From positions 21,886,001-21,950,000 of the forward strand of contig NW_025963846.1 in assembly GCF_023055435.1 (NCBI RefSeq): 64,000 nt of DNA, given 5' to 3'. How positions within the stretch are numbered: the first letter of the stretch is position 1; every line of letters starts with the position of its first letter. This DNA comes from Haliotis rufescens (taxonomy: Eukaryota). Positions 53,402 through 64,000 of this stretch are shown in pieces. The notes under the pieces are model-generated. The model saw only the letters and a program-made list of their open reading frames with translations, ran no database searches and was not told where the DNA came from. A program made the translations under genes and the position numbers.

Positions 53402-53524
53402 CATGGTAAAAGACATTCATTACATTTGAATGGAGCAAAAGTATTTTGTGATGCCATATTAAGCATTTAATATTAATTGCAGGTCTGCAATGGTAATTTT
53501 TGTTTATGCAAATTATTGCCTAGT

Positions 53525-54059
53525 CAGAGCCCTCGATAAACTTTTGGTTCTTTTACCCAGGGGTTTCATTTTGATTGGGTATCCACAATTTTTAGAGGGT
53601 ATTCATACTATTCAAATATTGTTTACTCACCTGTTTCTTGACGTTTTGGTATTTTTAGTTGAAAACCTTTTTCGTGGGGATCCCTGTAAATCATTCAAAC
53701 TAAATTAATTGTACTAATATGTAGTCTGTGTCTGCTTGGAGCTCCCTCTCCAGGGACCTTGCTATGTAAGAATAGTGCAATTATTTTAATCACAGATCAG
53801 CAACATTAGTATTCGAGTTTGTTTGTTGCACACGTTTTTCTGAATGTAACTGTCGGTAAGTGAATTTTACGATTCGCTGATACGCAATCACTTTATTCAA
53901 CAGTTTTATCTTATAGTTGTAATATTCACACTAGTTTTATTGCAATTGTGTATTAACATATTTTTTTTCATATTGGATACACCAAGGCTTGATTTGTCTA
54001 CATATTTCAGTTTATTTAATGTGTATTTTACACAAATTCGCAGCATCTTCAGGGGTCTG
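53525..54059 (+). mobile_element. Diverged relative of the hAT-like MITE
   Basis: The left end cagagccctcgataaacttttggt..ttttaccca...attgggtatc resembles 51559. Possible degenerate right end aggggtctg. Confidence 0.45.
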
Positions 54060-54334
54060 TTGGCAAAATATAGTAGCAGATAAATTTATGATATTTCTTG
54101 CAATGACTCCTGGTCAAGATATAATACATAATCCATGCACTACAGAAGCCAGATTGAGTGAGCTCATTTCCTGTCCTCACAGCCTGGGGCATGGTTGGCC
54201 CATTCTCTAATAAAGCTCAATTCCCTGGGCAGAGTTGTGTCCCTTCATCTTGCCAGGATCCTGTTCGTACTGATTATGAATCTTGGTTTTTCAACACCCT
54301 ACTTGTGGGTTTCACCAACATGGTAAATGGTTCA

Positions 54335-54660
54335 GAACCTCTGTCTGTCCGTCCATCCGTCAGCTATTGGTTTTCCGTTTCCAGGGCAGAACTCCAAAAC
54401 TGTTAAGTATTTCTTTTTGAAACTTTTCATATATAGATCAATCTTGTGGTGGACTGGTGCCTTTTGTGAATTTGGGACTTTTGTTATTTTTTTAATAATT
54501 TTTTTTATGTTTCCATGATCATGATGATGGCAAGTTAGACTTTACTTAAAATGAGGGAAGTGCCCGTTTCCAGAGCAGAACCCATTGAATATTTCTGGAT
54601 TAAACCTGCTATGCAGATCAGCCTAGTGGTAAACTGGTGCCTTTTGATAATTTGGGATAT
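54335..54660 (+). mobile_element. Helentron/DINE-1 (HINE)-like fragment
   Basis: A (GTCT/GTCC)n microsatellite followed by two ~188-bp-spaced core repeats, ccgtttccag.gcagaac...ctggtgccttttg...aatttggga. This architecture is typical of HINEs; the termini were not identified. Confidence 0.5.
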
Positions 54661-54703
54661 TGAAAAATACTGAACAGCATTATTTTTCTTTACTGAAATG
54701 AAG

Positions 54704-55022
54704 ACCACCCCCGTGGTCTAATGGTAGAGCGTCCGCCCGGAGAGCGGAAGGTCCGGGGTTTGATCCCCAGCCGCGTCATACCAAAAGACGTTAAAAGATG
54801 GTACTTGTTGTTACCCTGTCTGGCGCTCGGCATTTAGGGGCTAAAACAAGGACTGGTCGGCTCGGAGTCAGTATACTGTGTCTGAGTGGGGTATTCATGT
54901 TACACTGCGGCATGGTATCTCAGTGTGCTAGCACTATAAATCGGCATCAGTCCAGACTAGTACAAGCAGCCACACACACATACACGTGAATGCACGTCGC
55001 TATATAAGTGCAATAATCTTGG
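54704..55022 (+). mobile_element. Family C SINE, intact head, last ~30 bp missing
   Basis: ccgtggtctaatggtagagcg (A box), ggtttgatccc (B box) and gtcataccaaaagacgttaaaagatggta core. Ends at gcaataatcttgg. Confidence 0.93.
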
Positions 55023-55026
55023 TCGG

Positions 55027-55760
55027 ACGTGTAGTGGTATGAGCCTCTGTCCGCATCTGTGTAGTGGTATGAGTGTCTGTCCGCACCCGTGTAGTTGTAT
55101 GAGTGTCTGTCCGCATCCGTGTAGTGGTATGAGTGTCTGTCCGCATCCGTGTAGTGGTATGAGTGTCTGTCCGCATCCGTGTAGTGGTACGAGAGTCTGT
55201 CCGCATCCGTGTTGTAGTGATACGGGTGTCTGACCGCATCCGTGTTGTAGTGGTACGAGTGTCTGTCCGCATCCGTGTAGTGGTACGAGTGTCTGTCCGC
55301 ATCCGTGTAGTGGTACGGGTGTCTGACCGCATCCGTGTTGTAGTGGTACGGGTGTCTGACCGCATCTGTGTTGTAGTGGTACGGGTGTCTGTCCGCATCC
55401 GTGTAGTGGTACGAGTGTCTGTCAGCATCCGTGTAGTGGTACGAGTGTCTGACCGCATCCGTGTAGTGGTACGAGTGTCTGACCGCACCGTGTAGTGGTA
55501 CGGGTGTCTGACCGCATCTGTGTTGTAGTGGTACGGGTGTCTGTCCGCATCCGTGTATTGGTACGAGTGTCTGTCCGCATCCGTGTAGTGGTACGAGTGT
55601 CTGACCGCATCCGTGTAGTGGTACGAGTGTCTGACCGCATCCGTGTAGTGGTACGGGTGGCTGACCGCATCTGTGTTGTAGTGGTACGGGTGTCTGTCCG
55701 CATCCGTGTAGTGGTACGAGTGTCTGCCCGCCTCCGTGTTGTAGTGGTACGAGTGTCTGT
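55027..55760 (+). repeat. 30/33-bp minisatellite (~24 units) made from the family C 5' A-box segment
   Basis: Unit ccgtgt(tgt)agtggtacgagtgtctgtccgcat. The last unit continues directly into a family C SINE. Confidence 0.93.
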
Positions 55761-56052
55761 CTGGTAAGCAGAAGGTCGATGGTTTGACCCTCATACCAAA
55801 AGACGTTAAAAGATGGTACTTGTTGTAAACTTATTTGGCATTAAGGGGCTAAAAGGACTGGTCATCTTAGTCAGTATACTGTGTCTGAGTTGTGTATCCA
55901 CGTTAAGCTGCAGCATGGTATCTCAATGGGCTATCTCTCTAAAACCAGCATTAGTCTTGACTAGTACAAGCAGCCACATGCACGCACACATGCACATCAC
56001 TGTAGTGCAATAATCTTGAACACAAAGTTAAACCCCCATTTCACCTAACCTC
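55731..56052 (+). mobile_element. Family C SINE, older copy
   Basis: cagaaggtcgatggtttgacc..cataccaaaagacgttaaaagatggta...gcaataatcttgaacacaaagttaaacccc atttcacctaacctc. Confidence 0.88.
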
Positions 56053-56120
56053 TTCATCAGAATTAGTCACAAGCATCACATGGTTGTAGTTGCAATAAAA
56101 GCTGGCCGCAATGAGGATTA

Positions 56121-56306
56121 AGTAAGTGAGTAAGGTTTTACACTGCTTTTAGAATATTCAAGCAATACCATGGCAGGGAAAACCGAAGACCTGATTTGAT
56201 TCCCTATATGGGTACAATGTGTGAAGCCCATTTCTGGTGTCCCCCCTGCTGTGGTATTGCTGGAATATGGCTACAAGCGGCATAAAACCATACCCACTCA
56301 CTCACA
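56121..56306. mobile_element. Head-to-head fusion of two family A fragments (fold-back)
   Basis: A minus-strand tail at 56121-56184 is joined to a plus-strand copy running from the B-box region to the tail (56183-56306). Confidence 0.8.
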
Positions 56307-56349
56307 CTCCTGGTTGGAATATGGCCCCCTCTTTGGATAGGGCAGTCAA

Positions 56350-56456
56350 TGGTCACAGGCATCACAGGCTTGTCTGATCCAAACATGATTAATTACAGGC
56401 TGCTATCATACAGCTGAAATATTGGCAAGTGCTATGCTTTGATCAACAAACAAACA
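56350..56456 (+). mobile_element. Family B 3' fragment
   Basis: atcacaggcttgtctgatccaaacatgattaattacagg...cagctgaaatattg...caaacaaac. Confidence 0.65.
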
Positions 56457-58341
56457 GAATCTGTTTGACTTGATTATTTACTGGTCACATTTATTGGTGA
56501 CATAGCTGCGAGACAGCTGACTGCCGTGTATTACACCATCACACACTTGTTGCTGTTTATATCATGTAAGACTCCCCTGGGAGGAAGCACATTTAAGGAA
56601 CAATGTTGACTGTTCACATAGAACCTCAATCCAGAATAAACAGAGCTATCCAGTTCTCAGGGGACTCTTATCTCACTGTATTTTCACTCCTACATCTTTG
56701 TTGTCGCAGTGAAAACAGCAGCGGTGGATGCATTGAGACCTGTAGCTCTGAAGACCTTTGTTTGGTTCCCCACAAATTATATAGTTTCTTGCCCTGTCAT
56801 GGCAAGAATTTTGCTAAGAGCAGCATAAAAAAACTACTCATAGAACTACACACAATGCACACAATAACACTGTTATGCTGAGAGGAAAGATTGTCATTAA
56901 ATAGAAAAAGGGATAACTTCTCTGATGCTTGTGAGTCCAATCTTTTTTAACTTTTCTGAATTTGCTTGTTAGCATTATATGTTTTTTATCCCCTAGTGTG
57001 ATACGAGTCATATCATGATGTAGCCGTCGTGTTACACCTCCATAGCTTATACAGTGGATGCAAGAGGAGGGCATCAGAAATGCCCACACAGTAGAGTTTT
57101 TCCATGGTTAGAGAACTCTTGTCATCCTGTCTGGTGTAGGGATATTTTATGTCAGCTTCTTTTAATCACAAGTGTGATTTCTCTTTTTACATTTTTCAGA
57201 CACAAATCTTGACACTGCCACATATCATCAGTCAGGCATTGACTGCCACAGAAAGCTGTTTTATTTTACAATCATGCCAAATTTATTTCTCTTTTGGGAG
57301 TACAAAACACCGTCTCTGTGCCATTTGATTTTAAGTATGATTTGATTAACAATGCCATTGATTTCTCAGTAATGTACTAAAATGTTTTTATGGTGGTTTT
57401 AATCACAAGCTCAGGTTAAAATTGATTTCTAATAGCATTAAAACAGAATTCTGATCTGTTGATAAAGGGAATATAACAAAGGAATTTGAAGGTTTGTGTG
57501 AATTGGTGTTTGCTAATTTCTGAAAGCTTTTAGGACCAAACTCAGTTGTTCGCTAAAAGCAGTTAACAGACTCATTTTTTCTCCAAAACTAACATGTTCT
57601 TCTTCCAGTATACATTGCCACAAGTTTGGATCAGTCAAACAATTTGATATTTACTAAAACAGTTTTACACATTTCAGCAATTAAGGAAACATTTCCCCCT
57701 AAGGTATGGTTGACCTGAAAGCTTGCTTATTATATAAATTGGTTTACACAGTTGCACAGTGTCAGCATACAATGCAGGAAAGCAACGCGAGGAGCAACAG
57801 TTTGTTATGATGTTAAACAATGTTAATGAAAGTAGAAATATCGTCAGAGAATAAATATGATATTCCATGTTAGGTTGGGGTCCCGTTCATACAGTGTTTT
57901 ATTGACCAATTTACTGTGAAACCAAAAAGAGTTGAAATGTGTGTTTAGGATTGTTAAAAAATTAAATAAAATGTCAGTATTTTCAGGTTTTATCAGCATT
58001 ATCATGTTCTCACAGATATTCTTTTGACATTTCCAAGTGATGGTGTGACATTGAACTCTCCTGCTTTTGGTGTTTGGAACTTCAATGAAACAGCATCCTT
58101 TTAGTGCATCCATCTGTACTGTAATCTTTCCACTTTCTAACTTAATGATCCCATTTTACATTTTAACAGATTGTTATCATTAGCTAAGTTGACTTGCCTG
58201 AAATAAAACTGACAAGATTGAAACTTCAGAGTAGTGGTTTAAGAATGGAGACTGGTGCATATGAAATGATTATTACACAGGGTGGATACAGTGAAGGCCC
58301 TTAATGGCTGCTACAGTAATAGGACCATCTGGTGCACCAAC

Positions 58342-58847
58342 TCCTTGGGGAATCCGGGTTAGAATTGGTCCCCAGCAACCTTTTCTTTTTGTAAGAGGTC
58401 AGACACGTGAAGATCCGGGGTAGAATAGGTATATGTATTTCGCAACCCATGCTTGCCGTAAAATGTGACTATGCTTGTTCTAAGAGACCACTAACGGGAT
58501 CAGGTGGTCAGGCTTTCTGACTTGGTTGATGCATGGGATCGTATCCCAATTGTGTGGATCGATACTCATGATATTGATCACAGGATTGTCTAGTCCAGAC
58601 TTAATTATTTACCAACCACCGTCTTATAGCAGAAATATTGCTGAGTGTGGCATAAACAACAAACAAACAAATGTAAGAAGCTGAGGGTGGTCAGGCTTGC
58701 TGACTTGGTTCATGTATGTCATTGTATCCCAATTGTGTGGATCGATGCTCATGATTTCAATCACTGGATTGTCTGTTCCAGACTCGATTATTTACAGACA
58801 GCTGTCACATTGCTGGAATAGTGTGATGTAAAAGAACAAATAAGAAA
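58342..58847 (+). mobile_element. Nested family B pair: inner copy ~58403-58671 inside an older copy
   Basis: The outer head at 58342-58399 stops at tgtaagagg, a full inner copy follows, and then tgtaagaag and the rest of the outer body resume. Confidence 0.88.
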
Positions 58848-59039
58848 TCACCTGAAACAGCACTTTTTAGCAGACTTATTTTTTAAAAATGTCAACATAT
58901 AGGTTAAATACGAGCTATACATACTGGAGCCAAGGTAGTTTAATGTGCTGAATACCCAAAGAAAACTAATTATACCTCAGGTGAATGGTAACATGTGAAA
59001 CAATACTCCATGGCTCCAAGTAATATATGCTGTATGACA

Positions 59040-59178
59040 GTGTGTCATCATACCGCATTGTGTTGGATCACCACTAATGCTATAAACTGTAGGTTTGTTT
59101 GAACAGACTTGATAACCTATTGGTTATCGTGACATAGAGGTAATATTGCTGACTGCAGCATAATACACTCCCTCACTC
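59040..59178 (+). mobile_element. Very old family B-related fragment
   Basis: tgtcatcata...ggatc...aacagacttgat...aatattgctgactgcagcataa...ctcactca. Confidence 0.4.
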
Positions 59179-59633
59179 ATCCTGTTGCATCCAGAACGTT
59201 TCGCTGCATTGATGAAGATACTCGGTGCCGCAAATGGTGAGCCTTTTATCAGATAAGGTGCGTTCAGAACAGCACTGACGTAAAACCTTTTTATGCTTGT
59301 GTATCATCATCACTGAAAATTGGCGTTTGAAAATATTTTTAACCCATGCTTTAATCAGAATGAAGTGATTATGCAAAAAAGCTTTGTCTTCCCTTTTCTA
59401 TTTTTGAGAAAATGCTTTCTAAAGAAATATGAACAGTGACCAAGATACAGGTGTGGTGTAGTTATAAACCAATTTCTCAATGTAAGCTCCTTTAGTGAAA
59501 GATTATGCCACAACAAAGCCATGTCAGCACATAGCGTGTTGGTATAGAACAGCACAACCCATTTGGTCTGACATTTCAGTACAGTAACATGAGTCGATGC
59601 AATATTAGGTTGATTATGTCTGTAGACTTGTGT

Positions 59634-59784
59634 GGGTGGTGGGGTAGCCTAGTGGTTAAAGTGTCCGCTTGTCACGCCTAAGACCTGGGTATTACCCACA
59701 ATGTGTGAAGACCATTTCTGGTGTTCCTGCTGTGATATTGCTGGAATATTCCTAAAAACAGTGTAAAACCATACTCATTCACTC
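59634..59784 (+). mobile_element. Family A SINE with B-box deletion
   Basis: ggggtagcctagtggttaaag...acaatgtgtgaag...tgatattgctggaatatt...ccatactcattcactc. Confidence 0.88.
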
Positions 59785-60267
59785 TTTTAACTTGAAGTCA
59801 GTCGCCACTGTAATCCGCAGCAAGAAAATCTAAATTCTGCAGTAATTTTTATTAAATTCTGCAGCAAATATTTTATCATTCTGCACACAGTTCTGCAAAC
59901 TTTTAAGCTTTGTTTTCAGTTTTGCACCTGTTTGACTTGTGGGAGGCATTTTTCTGACAAACGTATCCATGTGTAGAACAGTTTATTGAAGTGAATTTGG
60001 CAATCACCAGTGTCAACATACAGACATGCACTCCTGTTCATCAATAATACAGAAGAATACACTTCAAAACGATATCAGGATATTGATTTCATTTAACCAT
60101 TTCTCAAAACATAAAATATGTAAAAGCTCATTTGTAAATTTGTTGTGTTTTTTTCCATATAGCTCAAACATCTCAAATAAGTATTTGGAATGATATAATT
60201 AATCAGTGCATAATTTAAATAACAACTCTTTGTTTCAGTAAGCCTTTGTTTCAAAATAGCTATTGAC

Positions 60268-60370
60268 CATCTTCCCGAGGAAAGCATGTCCACTAGCCTG
60301 TACCAAAGCCTAGTGGAAACAAGACTTTTATAAAATAAAAGCTAGTGGACGCTCTCTCCTCGGGAAGATG
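60268..60370. mobile_element. 103-bp MITE with ~30-bp TIRs and 9-bp TSD
   Basis: TIRs catcttcccgaggaaagcatgtccactagc / gctagtggacgctctctcctcgggaagatg. TSD gctattgac at 60259-60267 and 60371-60379. Confidence 0.88.
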
Positions 60371-60522
60371 GCTATTGACTAGCATGTTACACTTCTGCAG
60401 TGTATTTAAGGAATTCTGTGGCAGATATATGCCAAATTCTGCACGCGTTCTGCACAAAAATGATTTTCTGCAAATTAGGTAGATTTCTATGTGGACATTT
60501 CTGTACAATATTTGGAATGCAA

Positions 60523-61034
60523 CGGGGCTCCAGATAAGCTTTTGGTGTTGTGGGTATTTTACCCATGCATTTTAAAATCATTGGGTATCACTATCAGTAA
60601 TTCTATCTGGGTATTCAAATTTCTGTTACCCACTAGTTTTTACACATGTGGGTATTTAAGTTAAATATTTAAAAACACTATTCATCTAGTCCCTGCAAAC
60701 TGGTGTCGTGTGGGTTCGAGAGCTTTATAGGACTCCAAAATACCACGATACTTCCACAAGAAAGTGTGATGGCAAATGATCATGATGTAACTGTCATCGT
60801 GGAGTTTGGCAAGGTTGACGGAATGCCCGTTTATAATTTCAAAATAAGTTGCTGATTTGCTAATCGAATACGCAGGGTTACTTCACAATATTTTGATGAT
60901 ACGGACAATTTTTATTTTTGTAGCAAATCTGTAATGTTCGTTTCGTATTTGATACGCTTGGATTTTATTTTACTGCATATTTCTGCATTTCCGATGCATT
61001 TTTTACGCAGATACACAACTTGTCTGGAGCTCTG
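60523..61034 (+). mobile_element. hAT-like MITE, complete
   Basis: 16-bp TIRs cggggctccagataag / cttgtctggagctctg and repeated subterminal atacgc/gggtat motifs. No clear 8-bp TSD, so the superfamily call is tentative. Confidence 0.8.
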
Positions 61035-61305
61035 TGTACATTATGTCCAAGAGAAGTCTAAATTTTGAGAGACAAACTTTCTTTGTTTCTTTTAAATATA
61101 GGCAAGAAAATATTATGAAGATCATTGTCCAAAATGAGTGAATTTGATGATAACAGATGTATATTTTAATTGCTTATGAAGAATATGGTAGCTTAGTGAC
61201 TAACATTATCTTGTAGGTTGTATCAGTTTATTTATTAACCCTGATGAGATAAGCCCATTGTTTTACAACTATTGTTAGTGTGTCAGCTTGACATGTTCAA
61301 GGTCT

Positions 61306-61470
61306 GGGCTCGCTGACTTGGTTGATGCATGTCATTGTATCCCAATTGTGTGGATTGATGCTCATGATGTCAGTAACTGGGTTGTCTGGTCCAGACATGA
61401 TTAATTACAGACCGTCATCATATAGCTGGAATATTGCTGAGTGCGGCTTAAAGGACAAACAAACAAAACA
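61306..61470 (+). mobile_element. Family B retroposon, 5'-truncated
   Basis: ggctcgctgacttggttgatgcatgtc...atatagctggaatattgctgagtgcggc..(CAAA)n. Confidence 0.88.
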
Positions 61471-62269
61471 ATGGTTTCACATTAGTGATGAAGGTAAAAG
61501 TTGGTGAAATGTTATTATCCCAATTAGTGGCAGTGCTGAGTGAGGCCAACAAAGGCAGTTTGCCAGTGTAACCTCATCACGCAGCTTAAACAGTCAGAAT
61601 ATTGATACATTGTTTAACACAAAAGTATTTATGTACAATGATTAGTTCCGAGGTTTCCCAGCCTTTGTATTCCACATCACCATGTTTTCAGCCAATCAGA
61701 TTGCAACACACTCCCATTTATTTGTCTTACAGTTTGTTTTGAGTGAAGCGTAACACAAACAAATTAGTTAGGTTTGTCCAACTGTCTTTGAACAAGAACA
61801 ACAAACCTATCAGTATGATAATTCTTTTGATTAAAGTAGTTTTACACAGAACAGACCAAGCAGAAAGAGTTCAAACTTAATTACAACATTTGTAAATTCA
61901 ATTTGAGCTACAATTACGAAGGCGGCTATTTCATACATTTTGTAATGACATTTCAGAGTAATTCAAGGATGAATAAGAACTCTGTCTCCAAGGCCAGCTT
62001 TCTGTGTGTAATTTTGTGATGAAATTTTAACAAATTGCAGGCATTTGGACATTGGAGTAGTGTCTGTTAACCTGAGGCTTGCATCAGAGAAGGTCATGGT
62101 GAAAGCCTGCTGAATCTTGAGTGGATGGGTATGTGTGGGTGGATGGATCTTTGGATGGATGAGTTGCTGGATCAATGGACAAATTATTGGAGCTTTGGTC
62201 AATGGGGATGGATTTTTGGCTCACTTGACTCAAAATCAGGTTTTAAAATTATTGGGATTTTTGGACAGA

Positions 62270-62329
62270 AGGGGTCCCAAGCACCCATGCTTGTCATAAG
62301 ACTTGACAAGAAGCAGGATTGAGTGGCCA
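62270..62329 (+). mobile_element. Family B head remnant
   Basis: ggtcccaagcacccatgcttgtcataagacttgacaagaagcaggattgagtgg. Confidence 0.5.
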
Positions 62330-62342
62330 CAAAGTGTGATCT

Positions 62343-62465
62343 GGGCCCTGTTTCATGAAGTGGTCCAAGCACTTCCGTTGTCGAAAGTCTATCTTTAGGT
62401 ATTGGGGTTCCGAACGTCTTTAGCGTCACAACTTTGGTAAGTCTATGTTAAAGTGTAGCAGTTAC
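62343..62465 (+). mobile_element. Left end of a MITE-like element carrying degenerate copies of the 53-bp satellite unit
   Basis: gggccctgtttcatgaag terminus, followed by aagtctatctttaggtattgggg...cgtc...taagtctatgttaaagt. Confidence 0.55.
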
Positions 62466-63000
62466 CAATCTCATTCAAATCAGATCTTAGTGCTGGCTGC
62501 TGCTACCCAAGGATCTGCGGACATCCCATTACAGGTGACATCAGAACAACCTTTTGCAAACTTTGACCGACCAATGAATGACAACCAGGAAGCAGCTTTC
62601 TTGAGCTTTACAGCACTAGTTTCAAACTGACAACTTCCATTCCAGAGTATGCTTTGAAAAATATTGATTCAGAATTTGAAAACTGAACAAAAAAAAAGAT
62701 AATTCTGGAATATCTAATAAAGGGCTGAGATTGCATGGCAGTGTTTCCACTGGATATGGAGAGTCTCTTTTGTTTGAAGGTTTATTCCATTGAAAGAGGA
62801 GGTATGGAATCAGTTGTACAGCCCGTAACTTTCGTTCGGAAAACCTTGTGTTATCTTTTTCAAGGTTGCATGATTTAGAAAAAACGTTCAAACTGTGACT
62901 TTCCAGATCTGGTAAGCAACACTTTGATTGGTTGGATGAAATGTCATTCTAACATGACGTATAATGGGATGATTTTGACCTGATTTTAATGAGATTGGTG

Positions 63001-64000
63001 AGTACTGATCATCTAAGCGCTACGACCAACATCAGCCTATGTTAAAGTATTGGGGTCATGATCATCTAAGTGCTACGACCATCATAAGTCTATGTTAAAG
63101 TATTGGGGTCATGATCGTCTAATCGCTCCAACCAACATAAGTCTGTGTTAAAGTATTGGGGTCATGATCGTCTAATCGCTCTGACCATCATAAGTCTATG
63201 TTAAAGTATTGGGGTCATGATCGTCTAATCGCTACAACCAACATAAGTCTATGTTAAAGTATTTGGGTCATGATCATCTAAGTGCTACAACCATCATAAG
63301 TCTATGTTAAAGTATTGGGGTCATGATCATCTAAGTGCTACAACCATCATAAGTCTATGTTAAAGTATTGGGGTCATGATCGTCTAATCGCTACAACCAA
63401 CATAAGTCTATGTTAAAGTATTGGGGTCATGATCGTCTAATCGCTACAACCAACATAAGTCTATGTTAAAGTATTTGGGTCATGATCATCTAAGTGCTAC
63501 AACCATCATAAGTCTATGTTAAAGTATTGGGGTCATGATCGTCTAATCGCTACAACCAACATAAGTCTATGTTTAAGTATTGGGGTCATGATCGTCTAAT
63601 CGCTCTGACCATCATAAGTCTATGTTAAAGTATTGGGGTCATGATCGTCTAATCGCTCCAACCAACATAAGTCTATGTTAAAGTATTGGGGTCATGATCG
63701 TCTAATCGCTCTGACCATCATAAGTCTATGTTAAAGTATTGGGGTCATGATCGTCTAATCGCTCCAACCAACATAAGTCTGTGTTAAAGTATTGGGGTCA
63801 TGATCGTCTAATCACTCTGACCATCATAAGTCCATGTTAAAGTATTGGGGTCATGATCGTCTAATCGCTCCAACCAACCTAAGTCTTTGTTAAAGTATTG
63901 GGGTCATGATCGTCTAATCGCTACAACCAACATAAGTCTATGTTAAAGTATTGGGGTCATGATCGTCTAATCACTCTGACCATCATAAGTCTATGTTAAA
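63001..64000. repeat. 53-bp satellite, ~19 copies, runs off the window end
   Basis: Unit tgttaaagtattggggtcatgatcgtctaatcgctacaaccaacataagtcta. Confidence 0.97.

Noticed and set aside
55000-55794. His/Tyr- or Thr/Arg-rich ORFs resembling a biomineral or adhesive protein
   Set aside because: They lie in the array derived from the SINE A-box segment, between two SINE bodies.
62470-62915. Coding-looking stretch ending in a GTAAGC donor-like site
   Set aside because: Frames are interrupted by stops and no protein family was recognised. It could be a UTR exon or decayed sequence.

Overview
This is AT-rich, repeat-dense animal genomic DNA. The SINE repertoire suggests a mollusc, probably a gastropod such as abalone (Haliotis); this is inferred from remembered repeat families, not from a search. 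I could not identify any protein-coding gene, and all long ORFs are read-throughs of tandem repeats. The window looks like intronic/5' sequence of two divergent genes that share a CpG-rich, NRF1/ETS-type promoter near 49.6-50.15 kb. Contents: (1) At least four short retroposon families. A is a short tRNA-headed SINE, B is a ~260 bp element with no tRNA head, C is a tRNA-headed Meta/MESC-like SINE, and E is a tRNA-Leu-like V-SINE-like element. Many copies have clear target-site duplications, and all share a covarying 3' stem-loop. (2) Several MITEs. (3) About ten minisatellite/satellite arrays, several visibly seeded from pieces of these elements. The best novelty candidate is the 5' head of family B. 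It folds into a pseudoknotted RNA with compensatory changes between copies and an HDV-ribozyme-like 3' half (hairpin-CUAA-closing stem), so it is an untested candidate ribozyme-headed retroposon.
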